From assembly GCA_965207075.1 (NCBI GenBank), contig CBDBLO010000002.1, positions 32,001 to 96,000 of the forward strand: DNA of 64,000 nucleotides. Reading direction: 5' to 3'. Shown in pieces: positions 49,395 through 59,765 of this stretch. Within the stretch, counting starts at the first letter, position 1; the number at the start of each line of letters is the position of its first letter. Source of the stretch: Nitrosopumilus sp. GTDB lineage: Archaea; Thermoproteota; Nitrososphaeria; Nitrososphaerales; Nitrosopumilaceae. Under the pieces are notes generated by a model. The model was not told where the DNA came from. It worked only from the letters and a program-made list of their open reading frames with translations, and did not search any database. Position numbers and translations under genes: made by a program.

Positions 49395-49880
49395 ATGGGT
49401 CCGGCAGAGAGGTTGGCGCAGGAGATGGCAAAAGAGATCGGGGCCAAGACCAGGGAGTTCTACGAGTTCGTACTGCCCCCGATTGACATGTACGTCAGGG
49501 ACGACAGCCTGATCGTGGCAGCGGACATGCCCGGGTTTGAGAAAAAGGACGTCAGTGTAACGCTGAGGGGCAGGATGCTCCGCATCCAGGCGTGCAAGGA
49601 GAGGGAGGCGTGGCTCGACATCAGGGGCGGCGAGGACGGTCCGGATGGCAGCGAGGTAATCTGCGCCCAGCGCCCCAGCTTTGTGGACAAGAAGGTACGC
49701 CTCCCGGCGGCCGCGGCGTTCCGTCCGAGGCGCGGCGGGGAGGACGACGGCGCGCCTGCAGAGGGTGAGGAGAAGGAGGAAGACAAGCGGCAGTCCCCCA
49801 CTGCAAAGTATGAGAAGGGGATCCTGACCATAGTGATACCGGTCAGGAAGAGAAAGGGGCTCGAGATTGCCGTAAAGTAG
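49395..49880 (+). CDS. Small heat-shock protein (Hsp20)
   Basis: PPIDMY, ADMPG and AKYEKGILTI motifs. Confidence 0.85.
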   Translation: MGPAERLAQEMAKEIGAKTREFYEFVLPPIDMYVRDDSLIVAADMPGFEKKDVSVTLRGRMLRIQACKEREAWLDIRGGEDGPDGSEVICAQRPSFVDKKVRLPAAAAFRPRRGGEDDGAPAEGEEKEEDKRQSPTAKYEKGILTIVIPVRKRKGLEIAVK

Positions 49881-49888
49881 CGGCACGG

Positions 49889-51565
49889 TTATCGGTGGCG
49901 CCTCTTGTGCGCAAGTACGGCCGCCGCGGCCATTATTGCAAGCGAGCCGGCCATGCCCGCCGCCGCGGCCGGCTCGGCCGCGCCGTGCAGCGCGTACACG
50001 ACGGCCGATCCCGCAAACACGGCCCCGGAGAATATCGAGCCGGACAAAAGTATCATGTTGGCGTCGGCGCGGTTCTCCCGCCGCCTTGTGCCGAACGCGT
50101 GCGGCTTGGACTCGTCCAGATACCGCTTGAGCTCGGGCGCGATCGATATCGTCGCGTCAATCGACTTTGCAAGCCTCGTTATGGAGTGCTTTATCTCCTC
50201 CACGTACGCGTCCTTGATGAGGCTCTCCTCCTCCAGGATCTCGCGCAGCACGCGCACGAACTTGAAGTCGACCTCGTGCGTCTTGTATATGCCCTCTATG
50301 ATCGAGGCCATCCTCATGTACAGCGCCAGGTTCTTTGGAAGCACGAACGGAAACCGGCTCATCGTGCGGTTTGCCATCTCCATCAGGCTCTGCACCTCCA
50401 TCTCGTCGGGCTTGCGCCCGTGCATGGCCCTGACTGTCATCTCGACTCCCCTCTCCACCACCTCCCTGTTCGTATCGGGCACGAGCATGCCAAGGTCGCT
50501 CATCGCGTTGACCGTCCGGGGCGGATCCTTCTCGACCAGGGCCAGGTACAGGCGGACCAGCCTCATCCTGGTCTCGTCGTCGAGCCTGCCCACCATCCCA
50601 TAGTCGTAGAGGATCAGCCTGCCGTCGTCGGTTACGGATATGTTCCCGGGGTGCGGATCCGCGTGGAATACGGAGTGCCTCAGCAGCATCGTAAAGAAGA
50701 CCTTGTGCACGTCGACTACCAGCCTCTGCCGGTCGATTCCCTTCTCGTCAAGCGACGCGATGTCCGTTATCTTGATGCCGGGTATGTACTCCATGGTCAG
50801 GACGTCCCTTGAGGACAGGTCGTCTAGCACCGACGGCACTATCACCGACGATGACGACGACGCGGCGCCGTTGCTGCCGTTACGGCGGCGGCGGCGGCTG
50901 CTGCTGCTACCGCCGCCGGCAGAGGACATGTCCCTCTTTATCCTCTTGAGGTTGTCCGACTCGGCGGTATAGTCCATCTCCTCCCGGATGCTCTCGGTAA
51001 ACTGGGAGAGCATGGCCTGCGCCGAGTACCTCAGGTTCGGGTCGACAAAGCGCAGGGCAAGCGGCAGCGCCTTTTTGAGGGCGGCTAGATCGCGCTTGAC
51101 CATCCCCTCTATCCCGGGCCTCCTCACCTTGACTGCCACCTGCCTGCCGTCATACACGGCGCGGTACACCTGGCCCAGCGAGGCGCCCGATATGGGCGTC
51201 TTGTCGATCTCCTCAAACGTGTCGCCAAGCGGCCCCAGCTCCCTCTCAAGTATGGGTCTGACCTCCTCAAACGGCGCGGCCGGCACGTCGTCCTGGAGCT
51301 TGGCCAGCTCCCCGAGGTACGGGTGGGGCAGTATGTCCGCGCGCGACGAGAGCCACTGCCCCAGCTTGATGTAGACGGGCCCGAGCGATATGAGCGCGTT
51401 TAGCATGCGGCGAGCGTTTGAGCGGAACGCGTCCTCGTCAATCGCGCTGTCCTGCCCGCCGTCCCCGTCCTTGAGGCTGGCCCACCTGCGCCTGTCACGG
51501 CGCAGGGCAATCACGGACGGCAGCAGCTTCAACAGCACCATGACGGCGCGCAGCGTTGCAGACAT
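49889..51565 (-). CDS. ABC1/UbiB/AarF atypical kinase
   Basis: LGPVYIKLGQ, ASLGQV, VAVKV, HADPHPGN and DYGM motifs. Confidence 0.9.
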   Translation of the reverse strand: MSATLRAVMVLLKLLPSVIALRRDRRRWASLKDGDGGQDSAIDEDAFRSNARRMLNALISLGPVYIKLGQWLSSRADILPHPYLGELAKLQDDVPAAPFEEVRPILERELGPLGDTFEEIDKTPISGASLGQVYRAVYDGRQVAVKVRRPGIEGMVKRDLAALKKALPLALRFVDPNLRYSAQAMLSQFTESIREEMDYTAESDNLKRIKRDMSSAGGGSSSSRRRRRNGSNGAASSSSSVIVPSVLDDLSSRDVLTMEYIPGIKITDIASLDEKGIDRQRLVVDVHKVFFTMLLRHSVFHADPHPGNISVTDDGRLILYDYGMVGRLDDETRMRLVRLYLALVEKDPPRTVNAMSDLGMLVPDTNREVVERGVEMTVRAMHGRKPDEMEVQSLMEMANRTMSRFPFVLPKNLALYMRMASIIEGIYKTHEVDFKFVRVLREILEEESLIKDAYVEEIKHSITRLAKSIDATISIAPELKRYLDESKPHAFGTRRRENRADANMILLSGSIFSGAVFAGSAVVYALHGAAEPAAAAGMAGSLAIMAAAAVLAHKRRHR

Positions 51566-51568
51566 CAG

Positions 51569-52015
51569 TCACACCTCGGTGTCGCGGCGGCGTAGCCTGC
51601 GGCGGACCTCTTTTGCGGCCGCGTACGACGCGCATCCCGACGCGGCGGCCGCGGCGGCGGCCACGAGCAGAGAGCGGCCAGTCCTCCCGCTGTCGTTTCC
51701 GCCGCTGCAGCCTACGCTCTTTGATGCGGCGTATGCAAGCGCGCCCGCCGCAAGCCCGCAGCCGGCACCGATCAGAACCTCGGGCGCGTCGCGTATCAGG
51801 TGCCCGAGCGGGTCCCTGCGCGGATCCACCCTGTCCGCGTGCACGGTATAGCAGTCGTCATACTCCCGTATGTGCAGGTTGCCATACCTGTACTGCCGGC
51901 GGGAGCCCTGCGGCTCGCCCAGCACGGTCTCCTCGGCCCAGTCGGGCATAAACTCGCGCGCCTCCTTTGGGACGCGTATCTCATTATGATCGCCTGCGTC
52001 ATACATGTGCAACAT
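51569..52015 (-). CDS. Hypothetical membrane-associated protein
   Basis: QYRYGNLHIREY...HADRVDP...GHLIRD followed by two hydrophobic helices. Confidence 0.65.
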   Translation of the reverse strand: MLHMYDAGDHNEIRVPKEAREFMPDWAEETVLGEPQGSRRQYRYGNLHIREYDDCYTVHADRVDPRRDPLGHLIRDAPEVLIGAGCGLAAGALAYAASKSVGCSGGNDSGRTGRSLLVAAAAAAASGCASYAAAKEVRRRLRRRDTEV

Positions 52016-52110
52016 GCATGGTTGCGGTTGGTTATAACCTTAGAGATCGGGCTGCCCGCAGATCGCGCCACAATCGGATCGCGAGCGACTCCCTCTTCCT
52101 CAGTTACTGC

Positions 52111-52446
52111 TCACTTATGGTACCCATGACTCTCATGTGCTACCTGAAACGACAGCCTTTCTAGGGTCTTGGCCCTCTCAGAGTCGGGGTTGATCTTGAA
52201 CATTATTGCCCTGCCCACGCTTCTTGTCCGAAGCAGTACGCCGTCGGATTCAAGCCTGTGGACTATGCGTAACGTGGTCTTTATCCCGACACCCGACATG
52301 TTGGCAATGTCCGTGATGGAATAGTCAAACGCCTTCATGATTATCATGTGATCCAGTATGCGCGACTCCGAGCACGGAAGGATGTTCGCTAGCGGCCCGA
52401 CATCCCCCTCCAACTGTTGGTCTACTGCATGTGCAGTCATTACCAT
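52111..52446 (-). CDS. Winged-HTH transcriptional regulator
   Basis: YSITDIANMSGVGIKT...L...TRSVGRAIMFKIN. Confidence 0.7.
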   Translation of the reverse strand: MVMTAHAVDQQLEGDVGPLANILPCSESRILDHMIIMKAFDYSITDIANMSGVGIKTTLRIVHRLESDGVLLRTRSVGRAIMFKINPDSERAKTLERLSFQVAHESHGYHK

Positions 52447-52688
52447 GCTGTATGGAGGGGAAGATAAGATATAATTTTACCCACAATATGGTAAAATGAT
52501 ACCATATGTGTGACTCCTGCCGGTCTGCAGCATGAGCAAAATTGAGATTACAGTACTGAGGAAAATGCACTCGTATTGTTATGTTGGCAAAAGGCATAAC
52601 ATCGTTGGACAACCTACCCAAGGGTTTTTCAAAGAACGAACATGGCAACGAGACTAAGACGTGACAAGTATATCGCGCGTTCCATAAA

Positions 52689-52895
52689 TCAGGATGCAAA
52701 CCCGCGCTTCATCTTCTGCTTTGTGAATACGGCAAAGCTCGCGACAAAGGCGGCCAGCATGCCTATGCCCGTGACATACGCATAGTTGAACGCGCCGGGA
52801 TCGTCGCTTTCCGTGTGGCCCGTGTTGATCGCAAAGGTCGCGACAAGCAGCGCGGCCCCCGCGAACGCCAAGAGTCTGTGAAGCTCCAACGGCAT
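52689..52895 (-). CDS. Small two-TM membrane protein
   Basis: Two hydrophobic segments. Confidence 0.55.
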   Translation of the reverse strand: MPLELHRLLAFAGAALLVATFAINTGHTESDDPGAFNYAYVTGIGMLAAFVASFAVFTKQKMKRGFAS

Positions 52896-52944
52896 CTGTG
52901 CGCGGCCCCCGCATTAATAACCAACCAGTTGCGTGGCGGGCGGG

Positions 52945-54456
52945 TCACAGCTTGGCGGCCGCACCTGAGGGGCCGCCCGCGGTGCCGCTGTCGTCGTCGC
53001 CGTCGGCGTCGCCCGCGCCTGCATCGTCGTCAAGGTACGCTTCGTCGCGCCTGCTGCGCCGCCTCGCGGCCACGCGCCACAGGACGATAACCACGCCTAT
53101 CACCGCGAGGATCGCGACTGCCACAAGCGTGTTGACCGGGCTGCCGTCGCCGCCCCCTTCTCCAAGGCCGGCGCCCGCCCCGTCGCCGGGCGCGCTCAAA
53201 TCAAACGGGTTGCGCTCAGGCGGGGGCGGCTCCGGGACGGCCACCCGCGCGTCGTGGCTGAGCACGTGCTCCTCCCTTATGCTGTCCTTGTATCTCACGT
53301 CTATCCGTATGTCGTGCTCCCCGTACCTTGGCTGGCCCTCGAATTCAGCGGGTATGTTAAACGGAACCGGCGCGTCGACCTCTATCTCGTCGATGAACTG
53401 CGTGACGGGCCTCAGGTTGGAGCCCTCTAGGGGAGTCACGTGCACGAACCCGAAGAGCCCGTCCTCGTTTCCCTCGTTTATGATCTCGCCTATGATCATG
53501 GGCTCGCCGGATATCTCGATCACCCCCACGTTGAACACGGACAGCTCTATGAGCCCCTTTACGAAAAAGTCCACGATCTTCGATACGGTCACCTTGTCCC
53601 CGTGTGCGTTGTAGTACGACACCTCAAGCGGTATGCGCAGGGTCTCGCCGCTGAGCGTCTCCGGGACGTACACGGTCGTGGTGATTATACTTGAGCCCCC
53701 GGGCCCGATCTGCCCCAGGTCCCAGCTCGAGGCGGAGAGCACCACGTTCTCGACGTTGGTGGTGGAGGCTGCAGTCGAGACGCGCTCCGTCTGCGTGTTC
53801 GCGGCAGTGACCTCGACACCCGCAAGCGGGGCCGTCCCGTCGTTTGCAATCAGTACGTCGATCTCGTTCACGCGCAGGGACGTCAGGAACGGCTCCAGGG
53901 CCCTTACGTTGACCACCGTGTCGCCGGTGACCTTGAAGTCAAACGTCTCAAACGCGGTGCGCGTGCCGGACTCGCGCAGCCTCGAATAGTCCACCTTGGC
54001 CGCGGCCGTATACTGCTGTATCTCCGTGTTCGCGTCTATGTTGACAAAGAACGTGAGCGCAAAGCTCTCGCCGGCCCTGGAGTTCGAGTCGCTGTCCGCG
54101 TATATGACCGACCCGGGGCCGTCGGAGGGGGAGAACCCGAGCGGCATCGACAGCTGCCCCCGGATCCCGGTTATATCCTGCGTGCCGACGTTTGCGAATA
54201 TCACCGTGAACGGGACGTTGCTGTCACCGGCCTCCACCTCTATCTTCTCGTCGGCCGTGCCAAAGTACGCGTCAAGGAACTTTACGTCGCCAAAGTCGCG
54301 CTCAAACGGCGAGTCTCCAAAGCCGCCGTACGTAGGGAGTTGGGCGTGCGCCGGCGCGGGCATCGCGGCAGACGCGAGCAGGGGCAGTACCAGCACCAGC
54401 ACCAGCACCAGCGGCAGCGGGGCGGCTGGCAGACGAGGGGCCGCCGTTGCGCCCAT
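52945..54456 (-). CDS. COG1361-type S-layer-like membrane-anchored accessory protein of the ABC system
   Basis: Signal peptide, repeated N.G Ig-like modules and a C-terminal TM; adjacent to the ABC genes. Confidence 0.7.
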   Translation of the reverse strand: MGATAAPRLPAAPLPLVLVLVLVLPLLASAAMPAPAHAQLPTYGGFGDSPFERDFGDVKFLDAYFGTADEKIEVEAGDSNVPFTVIFANVGTQDITGIRGQLSMPLGFSPSDGPGSVIYADSDSNSRAGESFALTFFVNIDANTEIQQYTAAAKVDYSRLRESGTRTAFETFDFKVTGDTVVNVRALEPFLTSLRVNEIDVLIANDGTAPLAGVEVTAANTQTERVSTAASTTNVENVVLSASSWDLGQIGPGGSSIITTTVYVPETLSGETLRIPLEVSYYNAHGDKVTVSKIVDFFVKGLIELSVFNVGVIEISGEPMIIGEIINEGNEDGLFGFVHVTPLEGSNLRPVTQFIDEIEVDAPVPFNIPAEFEGQPRYGEHDIRIDVRYKDSIREEHVLSHDARVAVPEPPPPERNPFDLSAPGDGAGAGLGEGGGDGSPVNTLVAVAILAVIGVVIVLWRVAARRRSRRDEAYLDDDAGAGDADGDDDSGTAGGPSGAAAKL

Positions 54457-55224
54457 CTACGGGAGCACCCCCCTCTTGCGCGCTGCTGTTGCCGCGGCGG
54501 CGGCGGTGGGGGCAGTAGCGGCGGGCGCCTCCTGGCCGCCCCCCTCCTCCTCCTCGTACACCCTTCCGTCGCTGACGGTTATCACCCTGTCGACCTCGCC
54601 AAAGTACTCCCTGTCGTGCGTCACGACCACGAACGTCTGGTTGAGCCTCCTGGCCGTGTCCTTCATGAGCCGCACGACCGACTCGGACGACACGGAGTCG
54701 AGGTTTCCCGTCGGCTCGTCGGCAAGCACGATCGAGGGCCTGTTTATCAGGCCCCGGGCTATGGCCGCCCTCTGCGCCTGCCCCCCCGAGACCTTGTTTG
54801 CGCGCTGCGCCGCCTGAGCCTCCAGGCCGACGGACCTCAGCAGTTCCAGCGCGTCGCGCCGCGGCCTGCCGCCGCGCGCCCAGCCGCCGCCGGCAATCTG
54901 CCTGGGCAGCATCACGTTCTCGAGTATGGTCAGGTCCACAAGCAGGTTTGCAAACTGGGCCACGAACCCCAGGCGCCTGTTGCGGAACGCGGCCAGGCCG
55001 GAGCTGCCCAGCCTGGTCGTGTCCACGCCCTCTATAATGACGCGGCCGCTGGTCGGCGAGCTCAGGAGCCCTATCATGTTGAGCAGCGTGGTCTTGCCGC
55101 TGCCGGACGCGCCCACGATCAGCACGAACTCCCCGCGGCGTATGTCAAAGGACGCGCCGCGCAGCGCCGTCACGCGGGTCTCGTCCTGCCCGTACGACTT
55201 TGTGACGCCGCGCGCCCGCAGCAC
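54457..55224 (-). CDS. ABC transporter ATP-binding protein (LolD/MacB-like)
   Basis: GASGSGKT, SGGQAQR, LADEPTGNLD and VTHD motifs. Confidence 0.9.
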   Translation of the reverse strand: MLRARGVTKSYGQDETRVTALRGASFDIRRGEFVLIVGASGSGKTTLLNMIGLLSSPTSGRVIIEGVDTTRLGSSGLAAFRNRRLGFVAQFANLLVDLTILENVMLPRQIAGGGWARGGRPRRDALELLRSVGLEAQAAQRANKVSGGQAQRAAIARGLINRPSIVLADEPTGNLDSVSSESVVRLMKDTARRLNQTFVVVTHDREYFGEVDRVITVSDGRVYEEEEGGGQEAPAATAPTAAAAATAARKRGVLP

Positions 55225-55249
55225 GACGTCCCCCCCTCTCCCCGCGCCG

Positions 55250-56437
55250 TCAGACAGCCCTCATCGCCTCCACAGGCACCAGCTTGGTCGCCCTATACGA
55301 CGGGTACAGCGACGCCACCACCGCGAGCGCAAACGAGGTCAGCGCGGTCTGCAGTATCTTGGCCCAGTCGTAGCTCACCTCCAGCGGCAGGCTGTTGTTG
55401 AACGACATCTTGGTCTCCTTTGCGTAAAACGTGTACGACAGGCCCGCCGCGGTCCCCACCCCGGCGCCTATCGCGCCTATCAGCATGCCCTGCATGATGA
55501 ATATCACCAGCACGTCGCGGCGCCTGGCGCCCAGCGCGCGCAGTATCCCGATCTCGCGCGTCTTTCCGTTGACTATCATCATCTGTATGGTCACTATTGC
55601 AAACGCGGAGGACATCATCCCAAAGTACCCTATCATGTTTATCATCGCTATGCCGGACCGGAACCCCTGCAGCTGCTCCTCGGAGGCCTCCTCTATGGTC
55701 TCGGCCACAAAGTCGTCGTTCGGGAACGAGCGCAGAAACAGGTCGCGCACGGCGGCCGCCTGCCCCTCGTCGGCCATCCTGACCATGAACGAGCCGGTCT
55801 CCCCCTCGCGCGCCATCATGTCGCGGAGCGTGTCGATGTGCATCACTACCGTATAGTCGAACCCCTGGCCGCCCGGCGAGCTGGCGATGCCGGACACCAC
55901 TAGGCGCCTGACCTGCTCCTCGCCCCACCTGTCGACGATCATCACCTTGACGCTGTCGCCGACCGCTGCCCCTCCCAGGTCCCTTGCCACGTTGGTGCCC
56001 AGCACCACGGAGTTGCGCGCAAACACGTAGCTGCCCTCCGATATGGTCTCGTGCACCGTCGACGCCCTGATGTCGCGGTACGGGTCGACGCCCACGATCG
56101 GCACGCGCGTCTCCTCGATCAGCCGGCCGCCCTTTGTGATGTTGATCTCGGCCGAGGCCGAGAGCCTGGGCGCGACGGCCTCCACCGACGGGTTCCGCTC
56201 AAACCAGCTTGCGACGGCCAGGTCGGACCTCGTGATGAAGCTGTCCTCGTCCGTGATTATGATGTCCCCGGTGCGGTAGTCGCCTATGTCGCGGACTATG
56301 GCGTCATAGAGCCCCTGGAATATGACAAAGTTGACGTGTATAACGAGTATCCCGATGGTGACGGCAAGCACCGCCCCTATCAGGCTGCCCCTGCGGTTGA
56401 AGAGCATCCTCTTGGCAAGACGAGGCCTGTAGCCCAT
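55250..56437 (-). CDS. ABC transporter permease (FtsX/LolE-like)
   Basis: REIGILRALGA and YPSYRA...PVEAMR motifs. Confidence 0.9.
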   Translation of the reverse strand: MGYRPRLAKRMLFNRRGSLIGAVLAVTIGILVIHVNFVIFQGLYDAIVRDIGDYRTGDIIITDEDSFITRSDLAVASWFERNPSVEAVAPRLSASAEINITKGGRLIEETRVPIVGVDPYRDIRASTVHETISEGSYVFARNSVVLGTNVARDLGGAAVGDSVKVMIVDRWGEEQVRRLVVSGIASSPGGQGFDYTVVMHIDTLRDMMAREGETGSFMVRMADEGQAAAVRDLFLRSFPNDDFVAETIEEASEEQLQGFRSGIAMINMIGYFGMMSSAFAIVTIQMMIVNGKTREIGILRALGARRRDVLVIFIMQGMLIGAIGAGVGTAAGLSYTFYAKETKMSFNNSLPLEVSYDWAKILQTALTSFALAVVASLYPSYRATKLVPVEAMRAV

Positions 56438-56553
56438 GGTATGTATATCTGAGTCTGATATATAATGTATTTCATGCTAATTAAGAAAATTATGGACAAT
56501 TCCGTGGCATATTAGATATTTCTATATTATGGTAGTGGTCTATACATATCATA

Positions 56554-57465
56554 ATGGACAATTTGGACATAGGCATACTGAGCGCGCTGCTTGACAACTG
56601 CCGGGAGTCGGACCGCGCCATAGGCAGGAGGCTCGGCGTGTCGGGCGGCGCCGTGAGGGCGCGCAGGCAGAAGATGGAGGACGCCGGCGTGATAAACGGA
56701 TATGCGGTAAAGGTGGAGCCGCCCCTGCTCGGGTACGGCGTCCTGTACGTGGTGGTGACGGGCCAGGACACGGAGGAGATACTGGGACAGTGCAGCCTGA
56801 TAGGAAGCCCGTACCTGGTGGTGCCGTGCGTGGGAGGCATAACGGTGTGCGGGGTGGTGGTGAAGATGGAGGACGGCGCGCGGATGCAGCAGAAGATCAA
56901 GCTGGCGCGGGAGATCATGCGCGACGTCAGGATACTCTCGATATTCGAGGCCGGGGGCGCGGGGGGCGCGGGCCGCCTGACCAGGACCGACATGGAGGTG
57001 CTCGGGAGGCTCGCCGAGTCGCCGCGGCGCAGGACCGACGACATTGCAAGGGAGACGGGGCTCTCCCCGAAGACCGTCGCGCGCTGCAGGGACAAGCTGC
57101 ACGCGATCCCCGACGTGCAGTTCACGCTGACGTATGATCCCGAGAAGCTGGAGGGGTACATACCGTACGCGGTGCTCGCGTGGACGGGGGACGACGAGCC
57201 GTCCGGCGCGCTGCGGCACCTTGACAAGAGATTCTCGGGGCACTATTTGCAGGCCCCTTTTGTGGCAAGGAACCAGGTGGTGCTGTTCATGTACTGCAGG
57301 ACCATATACGAGATGGACGCGGTGACTGAGGAGGTGAGGCAATCGCCGCCGGTGAGCGCGGCCGACCTGTTCATACCAAAAAAGATCTCGCTTTATGACG
57401 GGTGGCTGAGGGACGCCGTTGCAGAGGCCTGCGCGTCGCCAAGGCTACACCTGGCGCAGCGCTAG
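56554..57465 (+). CDS. Lrp/AsnC-family regulator with two HTH domains
   Basis: MDNLDIGIL...IGRRLGVS...RRQKME.GVI and a second HTH DIARETGLSPKTV. Confidence 0.85.
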   Translation: MDNLDIGILSALLDNCRESDRAIGRRLGVSGGAVRARRQKMEDAGVINGYAVKVEPPLLGYGVLYVVVTGQDTEEILGQCSLIGSPYLVVPCVGGITVCGVVVKMEDGARMQQKIKLAREIMRDVRILSIFEAGGAGGAGRLTRTDMEVLGRLAESPRRRTDDIARETGLSPKTVARCRDKLHAIPDVQFTLTYDPEKLEGYIPYAVLAWTGDDEPSGALRHLDKRFSGHYLQAPFVARNQVVLFMYCRTIYEMDAVTEEVRQSPPVSAADLFIPKKISLYDGWLRDAVAEACASPRLHLAQR

Positions 57466-57477
57466 CGCGCGGCGCGG

Positions 57478-59733
57478 TCACGCTCTGCTGTCAGGCTCCT
57501 CCCCCTTCCCGTCAGGCTCCTCCCCCGTCACTGGCGCGCCGTCGCGCGCGCCGTCCCCGCCGTCCTCATCCTCCTCGTCCCACCAGTCATAGTCGTATAC
57601 GGCCGCGCCCCTCTCCTTCATAAAGTACTCCTCCCACCGCTCCTCGGCAGTCGTCCTCTTGCGCCGCATGACCTGCGCGATCCCGTGCCTCGATTCTGCT
57701 ATGGGCAGGCCGACTATGAGGGAGGTCGCGACGCACACCCAGACCAGGGCTATGCCGACCCACAGGTAGAAGAACCCCATGCCAAACACGTACCCCGTGA
57801 AGAAGAGCGGCATGGGCCACGCCAGGGTCAGGGTCAGCGTAATGGCCACGCCCCCCCTGAGGCTGAACTTGAAGGCCTTTTGCAGGGTCGCCTCGTCGGC
57901 GTCGGGATCCGCCGCATCGTCCCTGACGCCGGCGCCGCCGGTGTCCACGAGCTTGATTTTATACCTCATCATGTTCCAGTCGAATCTGGCGCGGGACGCC
58001 AGACTCCCGACTAACGTTATGGCGCCGCCCGTAACTATGCCCGCTATGTTCCCGGCGAGCATCGAGTAGTTGTGGCCTAGGCTGGCAAGCGAGACCTCGC
58101 CCCCGAACTCCGGCAGCGACGCGGCCACGCCCGCCCACACGCCGAGCGCGGCAAACAGTCCGGCAACGGCGCCCGCGGTGGCGGCATACCTGTTTGTGTG
58201 CCTCCACGTTATGGTCAGCGCTATCGGTATCACGGCGGAGCCTATCAGCACGCCCATGGCCAGGTATACGAACCCAAGCGAGAGGCCCATGCCGAGCAGC
58301 ACCGCGGCCAGGCCCCCCATGCCCACCCCGAACGCCACTATGGATATGCGCGACACCCTGAGCAGCTGCCTGCCAGTCGCGTTCGGCCTCTTGTACGTGC
58401 GGTACACGTCGTATGTGATCAGCGACGAGACGGCGATCAGCTCGGCCGACCCGGCGGCCGTGACGGCCATGAACAGTATGGCGAGCACCAGCACGGCCCC
58501 CGCCTCCCCCATCAGGACGGAGGCCGCGGCCGATATGGTCAGCCCGAGCTGGACCTCCTCCGGCGTCAGGTCGACCCCGAGCGCGACGGCGGCAAGCCCC
58601 ATCGTGCTTGCCAGCGCGAACGGGATGGCAAACCAGCACACGCCGCCGAGCAGAAAGGCCTTGACCGAGGCGGTGGGCCTGGAGGCGATGGCCCTCTGCC
58701 AGTACGCCTGGTCGACGAACACGGTGCCAAAGTTGCCCACTATGGTAATCACGCCGAATATCAGGCCGCCAACCGAGGCCATGGTCAGGTACGCGCCGGC
58801 CGCGTTGCCCTCGACCGGGTTGGCGCGCGCGGCCTCGACGAGCTTGTCGTACATGCCCTCGATGCCGCCCGTAATGGGGCTGGCAAAGTAGACCACGCCG
58901 GCGAAGATCAGTATCACGACGAATATGACGGCAGTGTGCATGTAGTTTGCGACAAACGTGGCCTTCAGCCCGCCGACCAGCGTGTACACTATGACGCCCA
59001 CCGGTATGAGCAGCGCGGCAGCGGAGATGTCCATGCCCGTCAGGCTGTTGACGACCGCGGCGCCGCCGAGCAGCAGCATGGCGGTTACGATCATGTTGGT
59101 CATCAGGGCGAACACCAGGAAGACCCGGTGGGCGCCGCCGCCGTACCTGGCCCGTATTATCTCCAGGAACGTGTGCGCGTTGGGCGCCTTGCGCTTGAGC
59201 TCGATTGCCAGTATGCCGAAGAGAAGGACCTGTATGGACGCGCCCGCCGCGTACCAGAACGGGCCGCTCACCCCGTACTGGTAGGCGACCGTCGAGGACT
59301 GCAGGATGGTGGCCGCCCACGTCCACGCGGACACGATGGCGGCCGCGGTCAGCCCGGTCTTGATCACCCTGCCCGCCGTGTTGAACCACTCGGAGGTCTG
59401 GGAGACCCCCAGGTACCGCTCCTCCACCTTCGTCTCGATCGTGATCACGACTGCAAAGACTGCCCCGAAGCCCACCACGACGAACCAGCCCCAGCTCTCG
59501 TCGAGCACGCTGCCGGACATGGACGCGGCGGCGGCTGCCGTATCGGCGGCGGTAGCAGCGGCATCGGCAAACGCCAGACCCGGAGCACAGGCGGCCGCCA
59601 CTGCAATGGCGCAGGCCGCCGCCATCGTAACCGCTGCCGCTGCATGCGGCGCAGGCCCCGAACGGCGGCGCGGCGGCAGCGGTGGTGTCGCGTTCGAAAA
59701 GCGGGGGATGTCCCCAAGCCGTACAATGATCAC
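57478..59733 (-). CDS. Sodium:solute symporter, DUR3-type urea active transporter
   Basis: SAWTWAAT, ELKRKAPNAHTFLE, GNFGTVFVDQAYWQ and ITYDVYRTY motifs. The start is uncertain. Confidence 0.85.
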   Translation of the reverse strand: MIIVRLGDIPRFSNATPPLPPRRRSGPAPHAAAAVTMAAACAIAVAAACAPGLAFADAAATAADTAAAAASMSGSVLDESWGWFVVVGFGAVFAVVITIETKVEERYLGVSQTSEWFNTAGRVIKTGLTAAAIVSAWTWAATILQSSTVAYQYGVSGPFWYAAGASIQVLLFGILAIELKRKAPNAHTFLEIIRARYGGGAHRVFLVFALMTNMIVTAMLLLGGAAVVNSLTGMDISAAALLIPVGVIVYTLVGGLKATFVANYMHTAVIFVVILIFAGVVYFASPITGGIEGMYDKLVEAARANPVEGNAAGAYLTMASVGGLIFGVITIVGNFGTVFVDQAYWQRAIASRPTASVKAFLLGGVCWFAIPFALASTMGLAAVALGVDLTPEEVQLGLTISAAASVLMGEAGAVLVLAILFMAVTAAGSAELIAVSSLITYDVYRTYKRPNATGRQLLRVSRISIVAFGVGMGGLAAVLLGMGLSLGFVYLAMGVLIGSAVIPIALTITWRHTNRYAATAGAVAGLFAALGVWAGVAASLPEFGGEVSLASLGHNYSMLAGNIAGIVTGGAITLVGSLASRARFDWNMMRYKIKLVDTGGAGVRDDAADPDADEATLQKAFKFSLRGGVAITLTLTLAWPMPLFFTGYVFGMGFFYLWVGIALVWVCVATSLIVGLPIAESRHGIAQVMRRKRTTAEERWEEYFMKERGAAVYDYDWWDEEDEDGGDGARDGAPVTGEEPDGKGEEPDSRA

Positions 59734-59765
59734 GGGACGCCTAGTACAAATCTCTATTTAGGTTT

